This document shows, piece by piece, positions 23,216 through 36,387 of a stretch of DNA of 64,000 nucleotides. Position numbers and translations under genes: made by a program. Below the pieces are notes generated by a model. The model saw nothing but the letters and a program-made list of their open reading frames with translations, ran no database searches and was not told where the DNA came from. Each line of letters begins with the position of its first letter. Positions within the stretch are counted from its first letter, which is position 1. This stretch comes from Rhynchobatus australiae (taxonomy: Eukaryota): assembly GCA_034780895.1 (NCBI GenBank), contig JAUZTB010000017.1, positions 16,802,197-16,866,196 of the forward strand, given 5' to 3'.

Positions 23216-26200
23216 GATTCTTCTGAGCTTTCTAAATTAAAGTCCAGTTATGAACAGCAAAAGTAGTCTTTTAAAAATGTGATAATTGTTGATGATTACC
23301 ATCAATCTCCCCTGCCCAGAAAGTGAATGTAGAGAATGCATTTTTAAAAAGATTAATTTTCCATTTTATATTTTGTGTTGTCTTTCCTATTTTTCTTCCT
23401 TTTTTGCTTAATCCAATCATTTTCCCCTCCCTTTATTTCTCTTTTTGTACCTCATTTGTCTCAAATTCAGTCACTTTCCCAGGCTTTTAAAAATTTCTTT
23501 CTAAATCCTTAAATGTCTTTGTTCACTAAGGTTCTGTTGCCTTTGCTGTACCAGTATTAGCTCACAATTTATTTCAGCAGGTTAGAGATTGAAGTATGCA
23601 GGAAAAATTAAGCCAATGCAACATTCTGCCTTGTACCACACCAGCAAATGCTGGCCATTACTTCTGATAATAAATCCATAGTTTCTACACTTCTATCATT
23701 TGACTAACTCTTATCTTGAGTTGCTCGCAATATGTTGCCACAATCTACTCACTTCCTCAGGTATGGGTCACAGAGTTCCTCCTGTGCCCTCTAATTCTTT
23801 TCATAGTTTTAGTGTTATATCTTCTATTGCTTTGTTTGCCTCTCTCACAGGATACTTTATTGGCCCCAGTAAGTTCAATGAACACTTTCCTATGACAACA
23901 GTGCCTCCAACTTCACATATGGCTGTAGTTTGCTGGGAACAGCATGTCCAAACCAAAGCAAGAGGCAGTGATTTCACATAACCTTACTGTGTTGATCCAA
24001 ATAATTTTATATTATTTCCCACACAGCTCATTTGCCTGCATTCTCAGTATAGCCAGCCCATGCATTAGGGGTGGGGGTTGTGTTTCTAGAAATCAGTCTC
24101 TATTCTGATTTTTCATAACAAGAAGCTGTGTCACCTGCGCGTGCATCAAAAAATGCAGGTTAAAGAAAACATTCTGTGTTTATTACTTTACTTTTTCTCC
24201 TCCCACATAAATTCTGTGAGAGTGAATGTTATTCTGTATCTCAAGTTTTTGGGTAGTGATTTGTGAATTCCATAAGGGTGAGTTTCTGTTATCTGAATGG
24301 CTGTAATGTGGTGGGTCATGTCTATGGTGACCTTTTATGGACTCTCCAACCTCCTCACAGTTGCCCAGCTAAAGGTGAAATGTGGATGGGGAGCCAGGCA
24401 TAAATTCCTGCCTGGCCTGATGGGAGTTTGGCACTGACGGTGCTTGCAAACGCAAGTGACTAAGCTCTGAAAGGAGGAAAACAATTTGGCTGTTTTGCTT
24501 TTGTCAGTTACTGTTTCCTGATTGGTAGCTTTTCATATTTATGTTAGCAGATAGCAGCTATCCAAACTAATCAAATTTCAGCTGGAACATCTGATGTGTG
24601 GAATTTAGATCTGAGGTTTGGCACATATATTAGAATTATTTGTATACATTACAACTATCCTTCTTTGATTTTGTGCTGACAGATTTATTCAACCTGATAA
24701 CAACACTGCAATAAGATAAAACATTACAGCTTATGACAATGTATGATTCTAGTCTTGCACCACACAATGGATAGAACAGAGTTCCTTAAACTATTCCCAA
24801 CTCAACATCTGGTAGTGAGTGACTTTTAGCCATCAGCATCTCATGCCACATCCTTTTGCCATATGCATCCTAAGTTTGGACAACTGTATCTAAACTCCTA
24901 CTATAATAGAGTACTTTACTTAATTCAAGAGGACACACCCAGCTTTACTATTCATTGGAACTCTGTTGACAACTTTAGCATAAGCTACTCAGCAACCTGC
25001 ATAATTATGAAATGTGTGATATGTGTAGATATAATTATAAATATAATGGAATGCAAGCATCAATCAGGACTAGGCTAAAATCAGCTGTTCCATTTTTGTT
25101 CTAGACACTGTTTGCCTCAAATATGAATAAGTGCAAAACACTGCACATTTCAAAGGCCAAAATATATGGCGCAAGGCTTAAAACACTTGAGAATATATAT
25201 GGGCTGGAATAGTGGGTCAAAATTTTGCACTGTAAACTGTTACAGCAATTGACACATGACCTGTTTTTTGCAGTCAGCAGTGAAGTGAGGCATTCACATT
25301 AACCTCAAAGAAGCTGCCCACAAAGTCTAGTAGTCTTTGTGGTGTGGGCTTCCCTGTTTCTCGCGTCAGTTGTTGTCAGGCATCACTTCTAGGGAGTCCC
25401 TGGTGTCCTGCAACAGCAATGTCATCAAGCCAGANNNNNNNNNNNNNNNNNNNNNNNNNNNNNNNNNNNNNNNNNNNNNNNNNNNNNNNNNNNNNNNNNN
25501 NNNNNNNNNNNNNNNNNNNNNNNNNNNNNNNNNNNNNNNNNNNNNNNNNNNNNNNNNNNNNNNNNNTGAAATATGCATCTAGTTTATAAAAAATTCTGAG
25601 ATAAACTATTTTCTTTAGGAATAGGGGTTGTTATGCAGTAAATATAACATAGTTTCATCATTTACACCTCAGGCACAACAATTTACAAAGAGAAGTTCAC
25701 TTAATACCCTAAGTTCTTGTCATTTCACTGATTTCTGCAAATTACACTGTAGGAGATTGTAAAACAGCATAATCTCTGGAGGAACAGTGAATCACTGGCA
25801 GCCATGTCTGGATTTCTGTTTCAACCGCACATATGTACACTTATGAAGACATTGTTAGTTTCACAATGCAGTGAAAGTGACTATTCATTTACAATACAAC
25901 TGCAAAATCCGGGTTTATCATATCAATCTAACATCTATAGGATTCACCATCAAACAGTACTTCACAAACTAATCAGCATTCTTACTTTTTGAAATGTAAT
26001 GTCTTCCACTCTAATGATCGAAGTGCAATATATCAATCAATCTGGGGCTTGACACTAAATTGATATTTTTAGATACATTTTTTGTATTATGTTTTCAAGA
26101 AAGTACATTCATATTTTATGGATCATTTATATCCTCATTAATTTATTTTATGAAGATTTGAAACTTTTGATAGTAACTGTGTCTACAGTAAATAATTTGA

Positions 26201-29200
26201 TTTCAATGTCATTACTAATTGATCTCACTTATTTACTAATTACTTTACAGATAACAAAGAAATAAAGCACACTATTTCCGTGCATTTATTTTCTTTTCAA
26301 TGTGCCTATCTATCTGAAAGTGTTGCCCCCAGGCATTCACATTTGAAGTATTTTCTATGGAAATACACTTCTGACCCCCAATTCAAATCATATTTCCCCA
26401 AGAAAACCTTGTTGCTGCTTGAATAAGCCTTTAAGTATGACATTGACATCAGCACTCAAATTTGAAACCTAGTCTTTTCCTCAAGTTTTTTTTACTTCTC
26501 AAACACATAGGGTTAAATGCATAGATCACTGACCTAATCTTCAACCTTGTCAAAATGATAGCTATAGTAAGACACAATCAAACATTTAATATTGCTTAAA
26601 AAGGACATGTGAACTCTATTGATTTTTTATAAAATTTGAATCAAAATCTCGACAAGTTTAATCACAATTTCACACGCACCAGATAATACTTAGTTACTTT
26701 TGTGCTCAAGGCAGCTAGGGCAGTTACTAGAGTTATAACACAGAAAAAAATGTGTTTTTATGTTTAACTCTGTGGTTTTACTCCACCCATTAAAAAAAAG
26801 TATACTAAAGACAATGATGTTACTGTAATAATCTTTTAATTGCAGCAATGGGTGTACACTTGCCATCTCTTACGTATTTTTGGCAAATACTAGTCTTGAA
26901 ATATATCAGTATGGCTGATAACATTTCAAAATGAGAATTCTAAAATTGGACTCCTGCCTAACCCAGTTCATTTTTTTCTCCTGCAAGTTAAATGCCCATT
27001 TTTGAATGAGGGGAGCACACAGCATTTCCTATACTGTGCCCAAATGACTCTCAATCAAAGGGACCTTTGAGAACATGTTCTGGATCCAAGCCAATCAGAT
27101 CATCTTCCTGTCTGTGCTGTAACAAAATGTGCCCCTGGTATGTAAGCCATGCCAGATTGTGCAGACAGGGCGACTGCAATCACAGCCCAACCTGTCTTAG
27201 CCAAGCAAAAATGCTGAAGGGAAAATTACCTGCATGGCTCCAGACTGAATTAGGCTGCGTTCTTTTTTAAACAGAGGATGGTGTTTATTTTTTCTGTAGA
27301 AAGTCATATCTGACTCAAATAAAGAGTGCGTGCTTGTGGATGCTATCTGCATAAAAATATTTGGAGTACTGTGGAAGTAAATGCACAATGTGCCATTACA
27401 ATAAAATGCTCCCCTAAATCTATATGTCTCAAGATCTCTCAAAAGGTATTAGTCTTAAATTGATTCTATGTATGAATATAGCAAAATTCAGTGCATTAGA
27501 CTGGGAAATGTGAGTAACAAAACTTCATAGAAAGCAGCCTGATTAGTTTTTTATGAGGTTTTGGAAAAGGACATAAAATCAGGTCAGTTTGCATTATGCT
27601 GTATAGTTTGTACTTAAATTCTTTGTATGTAGCTCATCAATTACGACAACAGGAAAACCTTTTTTCAAAGTTAAATGAACAATCCTCGTATGAGTGTAAG
27701 ATATACCACATGTAGCAGAAGGTGGCAGGCTTGAACCCTGTCCCATGAATTCATCAAAAAACACTAGTAGCCTCAGTGAGACATACGTTGTGAAATCCTG
27801 ATTCGGCAATCTTTATCAGAAAGTAGGACAGTCTAGAAGCTATTCAGCAATATAATAATTCTGTACCCTACAACCTTATGAAAAAGAATTCAGAGAGATC
27901 AACATCTTTTTACCAGGCCCCGTTATATAAAGTCTTCCTCTGCTTTTCTATATCTCCAAGGAAAAATTCAAAGGAATAAAATTATCTCAATCTTTGAATA
28001 AAGCCCAATGGTATTGTGTATAGATAGATGATGGATGGAAATTTATTACCAGTCTGAAAGAAATCAGAGGGGTTCTAAAATCATAAACCCACGCATATTT
28101 CACTCCTTACAATGTACCCAAGTGTTGTATTTTTGTTGTTTGCACTTTAGTCTTCTGCTACCCACAGAGCTTTGTCATTTAAGCTCTTAACTTCTATTGC
28201 AGCTGTCAATTTACGCCATTCAAGGCAGCATTCTTCCCCTGCAACTTCTGATGTATAGATAGCCATCTTCCATTATGGCTGTCATTTACTGCACGGCTTC
28301 AAGTGAAGTAATGGGATGAGGATAATCTTACAAAAAAATACAATGCACAAAACAATCACTGACAGAGAATGATGTACATTCACCATAAAAAGACTGCAAG
28401 TAGACCTTCTTAACCAAGTTGCTTACAAACTGACTGGATCTTGAACAAGATTGTATTCTGCCAATATTTCTAGAATACTACAATCAATTAAAGAGTTAAT
28501 GCAAATTTAGGTTACTACTATTGAGTCATGTGATTAACTCCACTCCTATTTACAAATTAGGTCCAAATGGTTCATAATAAAATAACAGATATATTTATTT
28601 TGATGATAGCCTGAAATATCTCATGATCTGGATCAGGATTGTAAAATAGTTGTTTGTTTTATACATCAGAATAACACCCCCCACCCCCCAACAAAAGTTC
28701 TGTTCTTCGTTTGGACAAAGGCTCAGAACGTGTAATAGGCAGGGAATTCAATCCTCCTGAAACATAAACTCAATCAGTAAAGCCCCAGCTAAAAACCCCA
28801 GGGACTCCACTTTCAGTTTCGACCATCTCGATGCAAACTGATCTTTAGAGGCTGTTCAGTATAAAAGGCCACGGCAGACATCTAGAGGCAGTTTACTGTA
28901 AATAGAGTGTTGATAGCAATTTTTTAAACAAGAAAAACACATCAGTCTGATGACACAGCAATGAATGCAGTATGTCACACAAATATAAGAATGCGGGGTG
29001 TTGTGAGAGACTGCAAACTTTACAATCTCAATGGAAAGCTACTGCAAGCAAAGAATTAATGTTTTCCCACAGAATTTGTAGGCAAACTCTGAGACAAGTT
29101 ACTTAAAGTTGCAAAGATTCCTGCAGCCAATTGCTGAGAGTATAATCAGCAACTGTCTGTTATGGGCACAGGCCACCTAAACACTTATTCAGCTGGAGCA

Positions 29201-30354
29201 TGCTGTTGGAATGGGACTGAACTGGGAAAAGGAAGGGGAATTAAATAAACATGCATAAAATATGGATAACTAGGTATTTGCTACAAGATGCAAATACACC
29301 CCTCCCCCCAGAGTACTTGAGGCAACATTAAAGCCTACAAATTAAACTAAAATTAAACAAAGCCAGGTATACAAGTAGGAGGAAGGAAGTCTTTAATACT
29401 GATCACCCATTATTCAATACTGGAAATTTGGCAGCATTAAAACTTAATTAAAGTAATACCCTTGACAACCCAGTTGGCATCATGAGGTTCTGCAACATGA
29501 ATAACAAAATGATAGAATGCCTTATGGGAATTATTAAAACCCCCAAGGAGCAAAAAGGCACTTAAGGGCAGTGAATACTGTATGATCTTTCACTCCTCCA
29601 CTGACTACAAGAATCGTTCGATTTTTCGAAGTATTTATTAGATTAAAAAGTAGTAGAACCCTGAAAGTTTAATGAGTTTAAAAATACTTCTGTAAATATA
29701 AAATATACAAGTAATAGCAAAGTAATTAACCAAAACAGTATGTTCTTGTTCAATGATCAGGCTTCACACACTGCCACTCCACCCCCACCATTTTCCTGCC
29801 AATACTCTCACTTCTTTCTGTAGACATTAAATTCATTTAGGTATTAGTTGTGCTCAAGTACAAATAGTCTCAAGTTCATGCTTAGTCAATCAATCTCACC
29901 GAAGCTGCCTGAAACTAAACTGGGAAAAGAAAGGAAAATATAGTGGTCAAGTGAAGAAACTATGCCTATTGTTGACCTTTGATGGAACCTAACCCCACCA
30001 CAACAAACACAGGGAAATTGTTATAAGTCCTATCCAGGTTAGAGAAGTGTTCCATTCCTGTGAACTGTTAGTAACCTGGACAGTTTACAAGTTGGAAACA
30101 CAGCCATAAACTGGGTTCCCAGATGGCAGAAGATGCCTGCAGCCCCTCAGCAGCCGGCAAGTCAATCCCACCGGTTCTCCAAACGCTCATTTGCGTGTTT
30201 GGGCTGTAAATAAATTGGGCATTCAAAACTTGCAGAGGACCTACATTTAAAAAATGTTTTAAAGAGAGTAACAGATGGCAAATGAGAAAGAACAAGGGGT
30301 TTTTGGGACTGAGGAAAGTTCCCTGAAAACTACAATTCATGATGTAGTAGTTCT

Positions 30355-30455
30355 ATGGTGTGGATGCTGGAAATTTGGACAATGCTGGAAGTACCCAATA
30401 GGTCAGGCAGCATCTATGGAAAGTTAATGTTTTGGATTGATCATATTTCATCAGT
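30355..30455 (-). mobile_element. Solo Penelope-like terminal fragment
   Basis: GGATGCTGGAAATTTGGACAATGCTGGAAGTACCCAATAGGTCAGGCAGCATCTATGG matches the other Penelope termini in the window. Confidence 0.7.
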
Positions 30456-30699
30456 GGGGAAACTACAAAGTAAGAGGTTTGAGTAAATACAGGAGCAGGG
30501 AAAAAAATTGGGAGAAGTGAAATGACAGGTAGGGGTGAAAGTGGATAAGAATGGTACAAGTTCTTGGCTTCTTATGCCGCTCCAATAAAGGACAGTGAAA
30601 ACCAATGAACAGCAACTCTTTTTCATTCAGGCTCTTTAGTGCATCTAGACTCATTAATTGTTTCAGATCACAGACACTGCTCCCATGGTAAAAATTAAA

Positions 30700-31890
30700 A
30701 TAAAAACAAACTAGGATGCTGGAAATTTAAAATAAAGAAAATACTGGAAATACTCAGCAAGCCAAGCTGCATCTGTGGGAAGAGAAATAGAGTCAATGTT
30801 TCAGGTTGAAGACCCTTTTGAGAACAGGGAAGGAGCCAAAAGAAACTTGTTAATCTGTAGGGAGTAGGGAGAAGGAGAGATATCTCTGACGGGGTAAAAC
30901 CAGGATGACCATGGGGNNNNNNNNNNNNNNNNNNNNNNNNNNNNNNNNNNNNNNNNNNNNNNNNNNNNNNNNNNNNNNNNNNNNNNNNNNNNNNNNNNNN
31001 NNNNNNNNNNNNNNNNTAGGGAGAAGGAGAGATATCTCTGACGGGGTAAAACCAGGATGACCATGGGGGAAGCTGCTAACAAGGTTATATGGTCAATGAG
31101 TGAACGGGAGCAGTTTGAGAGTGAGAACATGGACAAAGAATGTAGAAGTGCAAAATACAGAGCAGGAAGACCAGCAGATTAGGCTGGGCATGTCTTCCAT
31201 TCCCAGGAAAAATAGGAAAAAAAAGAGAAAAAAAAACAGGCTGAGCTACTATTACAGATGGATGACTGACAGCGAGAGAGAGATCAAGTTACTGAAGTTG
31301 TGGAAGTCAATATTAAGTCCAAAAGGCTCCAACATACCCATACAAAAGATGAGGAGCTGTTCCTCAAAGCTGAATTCGGTCCATTGTAACAGGACAGGAG
31401 GCTACAAAATGATAGGTCAAAGTGGAAGTGGGATGGAGAATTAAAGTGGCAGGCAACTGGAAACTCTGGGTTGCCCATGTGGACTAAACACAGATGCTGT
31501 GCAAAAGGTGACCCAATCTGTGTTTAGTTTCTCCAATGTGGAGGAAACCACATTGTGAATACTAAATGCAGTACACAAGATTGGAAGTGCAAGTGAATCA
31601 TTGCTTCATCTCGAAAGACTGTCTGGGTCTCTGGATGGTGGGAAAGGGTGAAAAGAGAAGTGTTCCATCACCTGTGGTTGCAAAGGAAAATGCCGTTGGA
31701 AGGGTGGTGGTTGGTGGAAATGGAAGAGTGCACCAGGGGTCTCAAATGGAAAATCCCTGCAAAATGCTGAAAGGGGAGGAGAGGGGAAGATGTGTGTGGT
31801 GGTGGAATCTTGTTGAAGCTGACGGAAATTGTGGAGAATGATCTGTTGAATGCGAAGGCTGGTAGGGTGGAACATGAGGACATTATATAA
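30700..31890 (-). mobile_element. Penelope-like retroelement 3' part (GIY-YIG endonuclease relic plus pLTR)
   Basis: Minus strand at about 31500-31640 reads 'RPRQSFEMKQ*FTCTSNLVYCI*YSQCGFLHIGETKHRLG' (GIY-YIG VYCI.C..CG..YIGET). Paralogous to 35508-36387 and 52915-53760. Confidence 0.85.
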
Positions 31891-32039
31891 TCAAAGCAAG
31901 AAGCTCCCATTTTTTTCAGACGTGATGGCATTGATTCCNNNNNNNNNNNNNNNNNNNNNNNNNNNNNNNNNNNNNNNNNNNNNNNNNNNNNNNNNNNNNN
32001 NNNNNNNNNNNNNNNNNNNNNNNNNNNNNNNNNNNNNNT

Positions 32040-32335
32040 GGCAAAGCTGTATTTTTTGCGCATTCACATTTGCCCCTGAACTGAGGACATTGTTGGGCTA
32101 TTTTCAGAGGATGTTTAAGAATCAAGCAATCCAACAAGTCTGGAGTCAAATAAAGGCCAGACTGGCTAAGGATGTTGAATTTGCTCACCCAAAGAACATT
32201 ACAGAACCATATGGGTTTTTGTATCATTTTGACTAAGATCAGCAGTTTTCTTTTAAGTTCTGAATTAAAATTTATCTGCTGCCCTGATGGGATTTGCATT
32301 CAGTCTGTAGATTGCTGAATCCGTGGCATTACTAC
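32040..32335 (-). mobile_element. Chondrichthyan SINE (family B) relic
   Basis: TTGCCCCTGAACTGAG...TTTCAGAGG...TCTGGAGTCA...AGGCCAGAC.GG.TAAGGA aligns with 38490-38628 and 58930-59105. Confidence 0.65.
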
Positions 32336-32349
32336 TGTTTTAACTCAAT

Positions 32350-32815
32350 CTCTTCCTCACCACCATCAACATCTTAGGGATTACTATTGGTTATAAATTG
32401 ATTACAGTGTTTACATAGCTGATAATATTTATNNNNNNNNNNCACCTATATAAATATTAGATCTACAAAAGCAGCATAAATGTTGAGCAACTCATCTCGT
32501 TAATCCCAAAAGTATTTCTACAAATAACAATTGTGATGAGCCACTTTCTCCTTGACTGAATGAGAACAGCTTGATCAACATTCAAATAGCTAACTGCTAC
32601 CCAAGGTAAAGTAGTCAACTTGATCAGAATCTTAATCAAGTCCTCACTCCTCTCCAAGTGCAAAATGACAGTAATGTTTGACATCCACAAGTAGTCCGAC
32701 AGGAACTCACCAAGATTTCTTTGATAGCATAAATGTGTGAGGGCTTCAGTCTGGAAGGACAAAGACAATAGTGACATGAAAAGACCTGCAAGTTGCCTTA
32801 ACAAGAGTATGTAAT
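32350..32815 (+). mobile_element. CR1/L2-group LINE (family B) ORF2 C-terminal remnant
   Basis: CACCATCAACATCTTAGGG.TTACTATTG...AACTCATCTC.T.A.TCCCAAAAG...GGAAGGACAAAGACA..AG..ACATG is the plus-strand counterpart of the family at 63000-64000. Highly decayed. Confidence 0.55.
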
Positions 32816-32824
32816 TCAACCTCT

Positions 32825-33970
32825 CATAAGCTCATGGTTGATCTTTTACCTCAGCACCACTTTCTTGTACTAACCCGAAAGCCTGTGATTCCTTTATTAT
32901 CTAAAAATCTTTCTCGAATGCACTTGGCGAATGAGCTTCCACAGTTCTTTTGGAAAGAGGACTTCAAAGCTTCACTGCTGTCCTGAATGGAAGGCCTGAA
33001 TGGAGTCAGCCAATCAGGACTGAGATGAGAGGTCTCTTCTCATCTCAGTCCTGAATGGCTGACTCCTAATTCTGGACACTGCACTAGGCGAAACATCACC
33101 CATGCATCAAAACTGTCAAGCTGATAAGCAGTTTGTAGATTTCAATGAGATTTCCTCTCATTCTTCTGAACTCTAGACAGTATGGGACCAGTTGCTTAAC
33201 TTTGTTCATACCATAAATCCCAGGGATCAACTGGTGAATCTTTGTTTAATTCTCTCTATTGTAAGTATATCCTTTCCTCAGGTAGAGAGGCCCGACTTGT
33301 ACTCAATATTCCAGGTGTAGGCTCACCAGGACATTATATAATTGTAGCCAGATGCTTTTACTCATGTACTCAAATCTATTTGTAATAAAGGCCAATGCAC
33401 TGTTTACTTTCTTAATTACTTGCCATATCTGCACATTAATTTTCAGTGATTTATGTGCGAGTATATCCCGTTCTCTTAGCACCAACACCTTTCAATTTCT
33501 CATCATTAAAAAAAATCTGCTTTTCCACCTTTCAACCAAAGTGAATGACCCCACATATTTCCACTTCATATTCCATCTGCCTTATCTTTGCTCATTCACT
33601 TAGCTTGTCTAGATCTCCCTGAAGCCTCTTTGCCTCCTCCTGACAACCTAAACTGGCACCCAGCTTTGCATCATCAGCAAACTTGGATATATTACACTTA
33701 GTTCCCTCATCCAACTCATTAATAGAGATTGTGTAACAGCTGGATACCCAGCACCAATATCTGTGACAGCCTAATCGTCAGTTACCAACCTGAAAACAGC
33801 CTTTTATTCCTACTCTCTGTTATATGTCTATTAACCAATCCTTAATTTATATTAGTATATCACCTCTAATCCCATGTACTCTAATTTTGTATATCATTTA
33901 TTTGTTGGCACTTTATCAAAAGCCTTTTCAATGTCCAAAAACATAATATCCACTGGTTCTTTCTCATCTA
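32825..33970 (-). mobile_element. CR1-type LINE ORF2 3' portion
   Basis: ORF 33303-33488 'QVIKKVNSALAFITNRFEYMSKSIWLQLYNVLVSLHLEY'. Reverse complement of 33660-33690 encodes SKFADDAKLG (RT catalytic F/YADD), and GAAAAGGCTTTTGATAAAGTGCC resembles KAFDKVP. Confidence 0.9.
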
Positions 33971-33972
33971 TT

Positions 33973-34183
33973 ACAGTAATAGAATGGAATGGGCTGCCAT
34001 CTGATGTAGTAAATGTGGGCTCACTCTTAAGTTTTAAGAATAAATTGGATAGATACCTGGACGGGAGCGGTCTGGAGGGTTATGGACAGGGTACAGGTAA
34101 ATGGGACCAGCAGAATAACGTTTCAGCACAGACTAGAAGGGCCGAGTGGCTTGTTTTCTGTGCTGTAGTGTTCTATAGTTCTA
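33973..34183 (+). mobile_element. Younger CR1 3' end, tail-complete
   Basis: 'VIEWNGLPSDVVNVGSLLSFKNKLDRYLD' (CR1 WN.LP...FK..LD motif) followed by GAAGGGCCGAGTGGCTTGTTTTCTGTGCTGTAGTGTTCTATAGTTCTA tail. Confidence 0.9.
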
Positions 34184-34209
34184 TTTTAACAGTTCCATCC
34201 AAAATATTT

Positions 34210-34312
34210 TCTAGTTCAAACGAAAGGTCACCAACCTGAAAAGTTAACTCTGTTTCTCTTCCTACAATCACAACCTGACATGGAGCATATTTCCAACATT
34301 CTCTGTTATTTT
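34210..34312 (+). mobile_element. Penelope-like terminal fragment
   Basis: AAGGTCACCAACCTGAAAAGTTAACTCTGTTTCTCTT...CCTGAC...ATTTCCAACATTCTCTGTT is the reverse complement of the termini at 30715 and 35510. Confidence 0.7.
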
Positions 34313-35507
34313 CCACAATGGGGTCTGTCCTATTGCATAATGCAGAGTTAGGAACAAGTAGCTTATACGTGGGAAAACAGGTAGGAGATTTCAGTAAGTT
34401 AGCTTACAATTTAAAAAGGTAAAATATTTCATGAGATTTAATGAGGCTCTGTGTGTAAATTACATGCAAATATTACTGGATTGTTGATGTGATATTTTTA
34501 TAAACAGATGTTTTAAAAAATAGTCCTTACAATAAGAAGAATTGGATCTTTTGGCTGAGTTTAATCAAAGGGCGAAGACAGAAAAGAAAAACAGTGAGCA
34601 ATAGAAAAAGCTTGAACTAGAAGAGTTAATTTTACGTCAGTGAAGGGCAGCCATGGGATTCCCCAAGACAGCAATATGCAGCAGGCATTTAAACAGAAAG
34701 GCTGCTTCTGTAATTGTGACTCATAACTCATTCCATCTGGTCTTAATATTAAACTCTACACAAATGAATAAAAACCAATTCTTTCATTATCTCCACAGAA
34801 AATTATATTTTATGTTTCACTTGAATTTGAAGAACAACTACATCTTTGACAAACTGACCCTCATCATTTTAGAATGTGTGCACTGGCTACTAATGCAAGT
34901 TATTTGAAAGAAGTTTAGTCAAAATATCTAGAGAAGTGGATCCAGCATCCTAATCCATGTTATTAGGCTTCACAGAGAGTGCTTTATAAGGCAAATGAAA
35001 GTGTGTGTTCTAATTCACCAAATAAAACAAAGATGATGGAATATAGATACGTACTGACTGATGGTTCTCCAGAAAAATTAATGGTTGTGCAAAAAAACAT
35101 ATGCAGAAAATAACATATTAAATTTCTTTGTGAGAACTCAATAGTCACTTAAAAAATATGAACTTTTCCTATCTTCAAAAGCTCCAAGTTTTGGATATTT
35201 ATGTTACTGCCAAACTGTAAATAGCTATTTTCTGTTCTGACAATCAATATGGTATTTTATAGGTTCATTGCCAAGGTTCAGAATTCAAATATCTTTGTCT
35301 TTGTTTCCAATGATGACTGTAAGTGCATACTCACCATCCCTGCCTACTTTGCCTCTTGCCAAACTCATCCGATTAAATGTTTGGAGGTGCTTTGGAATTT
35401 TACATCAAATCGAGATAAGGACTATTACATTTGGAATTTATCCCTCAAATCAGTCATTACTTTGTTTTAACTGTACCATGGCACAACAGGAATATTTTCA
35501 TATTTAC

Positions 35508-36387
35508 AATAAAAGACAGAAGCACTCAACAAGTCAGACAGATCTGTGGAAAGAGAAACAGAGTTAACATTTCAGGTCGAACATCCTTCACCAAGACTGG
35601 GAAAGAAGATAAAAGTTGCAGAAAAGCTGGTGGGAGAGATGGATTGGACAAAGGCAACGTTTGTGATAGGGTAAGGCCAGGTTGCATGGGGATAAACTGA
35701 TTAGACAAATGGGTTAACAGGATGATTATTCATCTTTGTCTATGTTATGTGTTGCTAATAGCAGGTTTGGGAGACAGGCCCAGCAGGTCAAGCTGTACTA
35801 ACGGAGAGAGAAAAACTAAGTCAATTACACAGATGGCTGACTAACAGCAGAAATGGCCTGTCTGGATATAGACAGTAAAAACAAGTTACTTTAACTTGAA
35901 GAATTCAATATTGAGTTTGGAAGGCTGCAATGTGCCCACACGGAAGATGAAATATTGTTCCTCAAGCCTGCATTGAGCTTGCTGGAGGTCAGAGTGGTAG
36001 CAGGATGGAGAATTAAAGTAGCAGGCAACAGAAAGCTCAGGCTTGCCTCTGCGGACTCCTCTGCAAAGGGATTACCCAATCTGCATTTGCTTTCTCCAGT
36101 GCAGCTGTGAACATTGTGAACATTGAATGCAGTCTGGAAGAAGTACAAGTCAATCGCTGCCTCACCTGGAAAGACTGCTTAGGTCGCTGGATGATGGGAA
36201 GAGAAGAGGACAGGTGTTGTAGCTCTAGCGATTCAATGGGAACCTGCTGCAAGACAAGAAGTGGTTGGTGGGGGACCAGAAGAGTGGACCAGTGAATCAT
36301 GAAGGAAATGGTCTCTTCAAAATACTGAAAGGGGAGGGAGCAGAATATATATCTGGTGGTGGAATCTTATTGGAAGTGGTGGAAATA
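35508..36387 (-). mobile_element. Penelope-like retroelement 3' part
   Basis: ORF-track translations 'IQRPKQSFQVRQRLTCTSSRL' and 'CTGESKCRLGNPFAE' are GIY-YIG region relics. Terminal repeat at 35508-35600. Confidence 0.85.
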
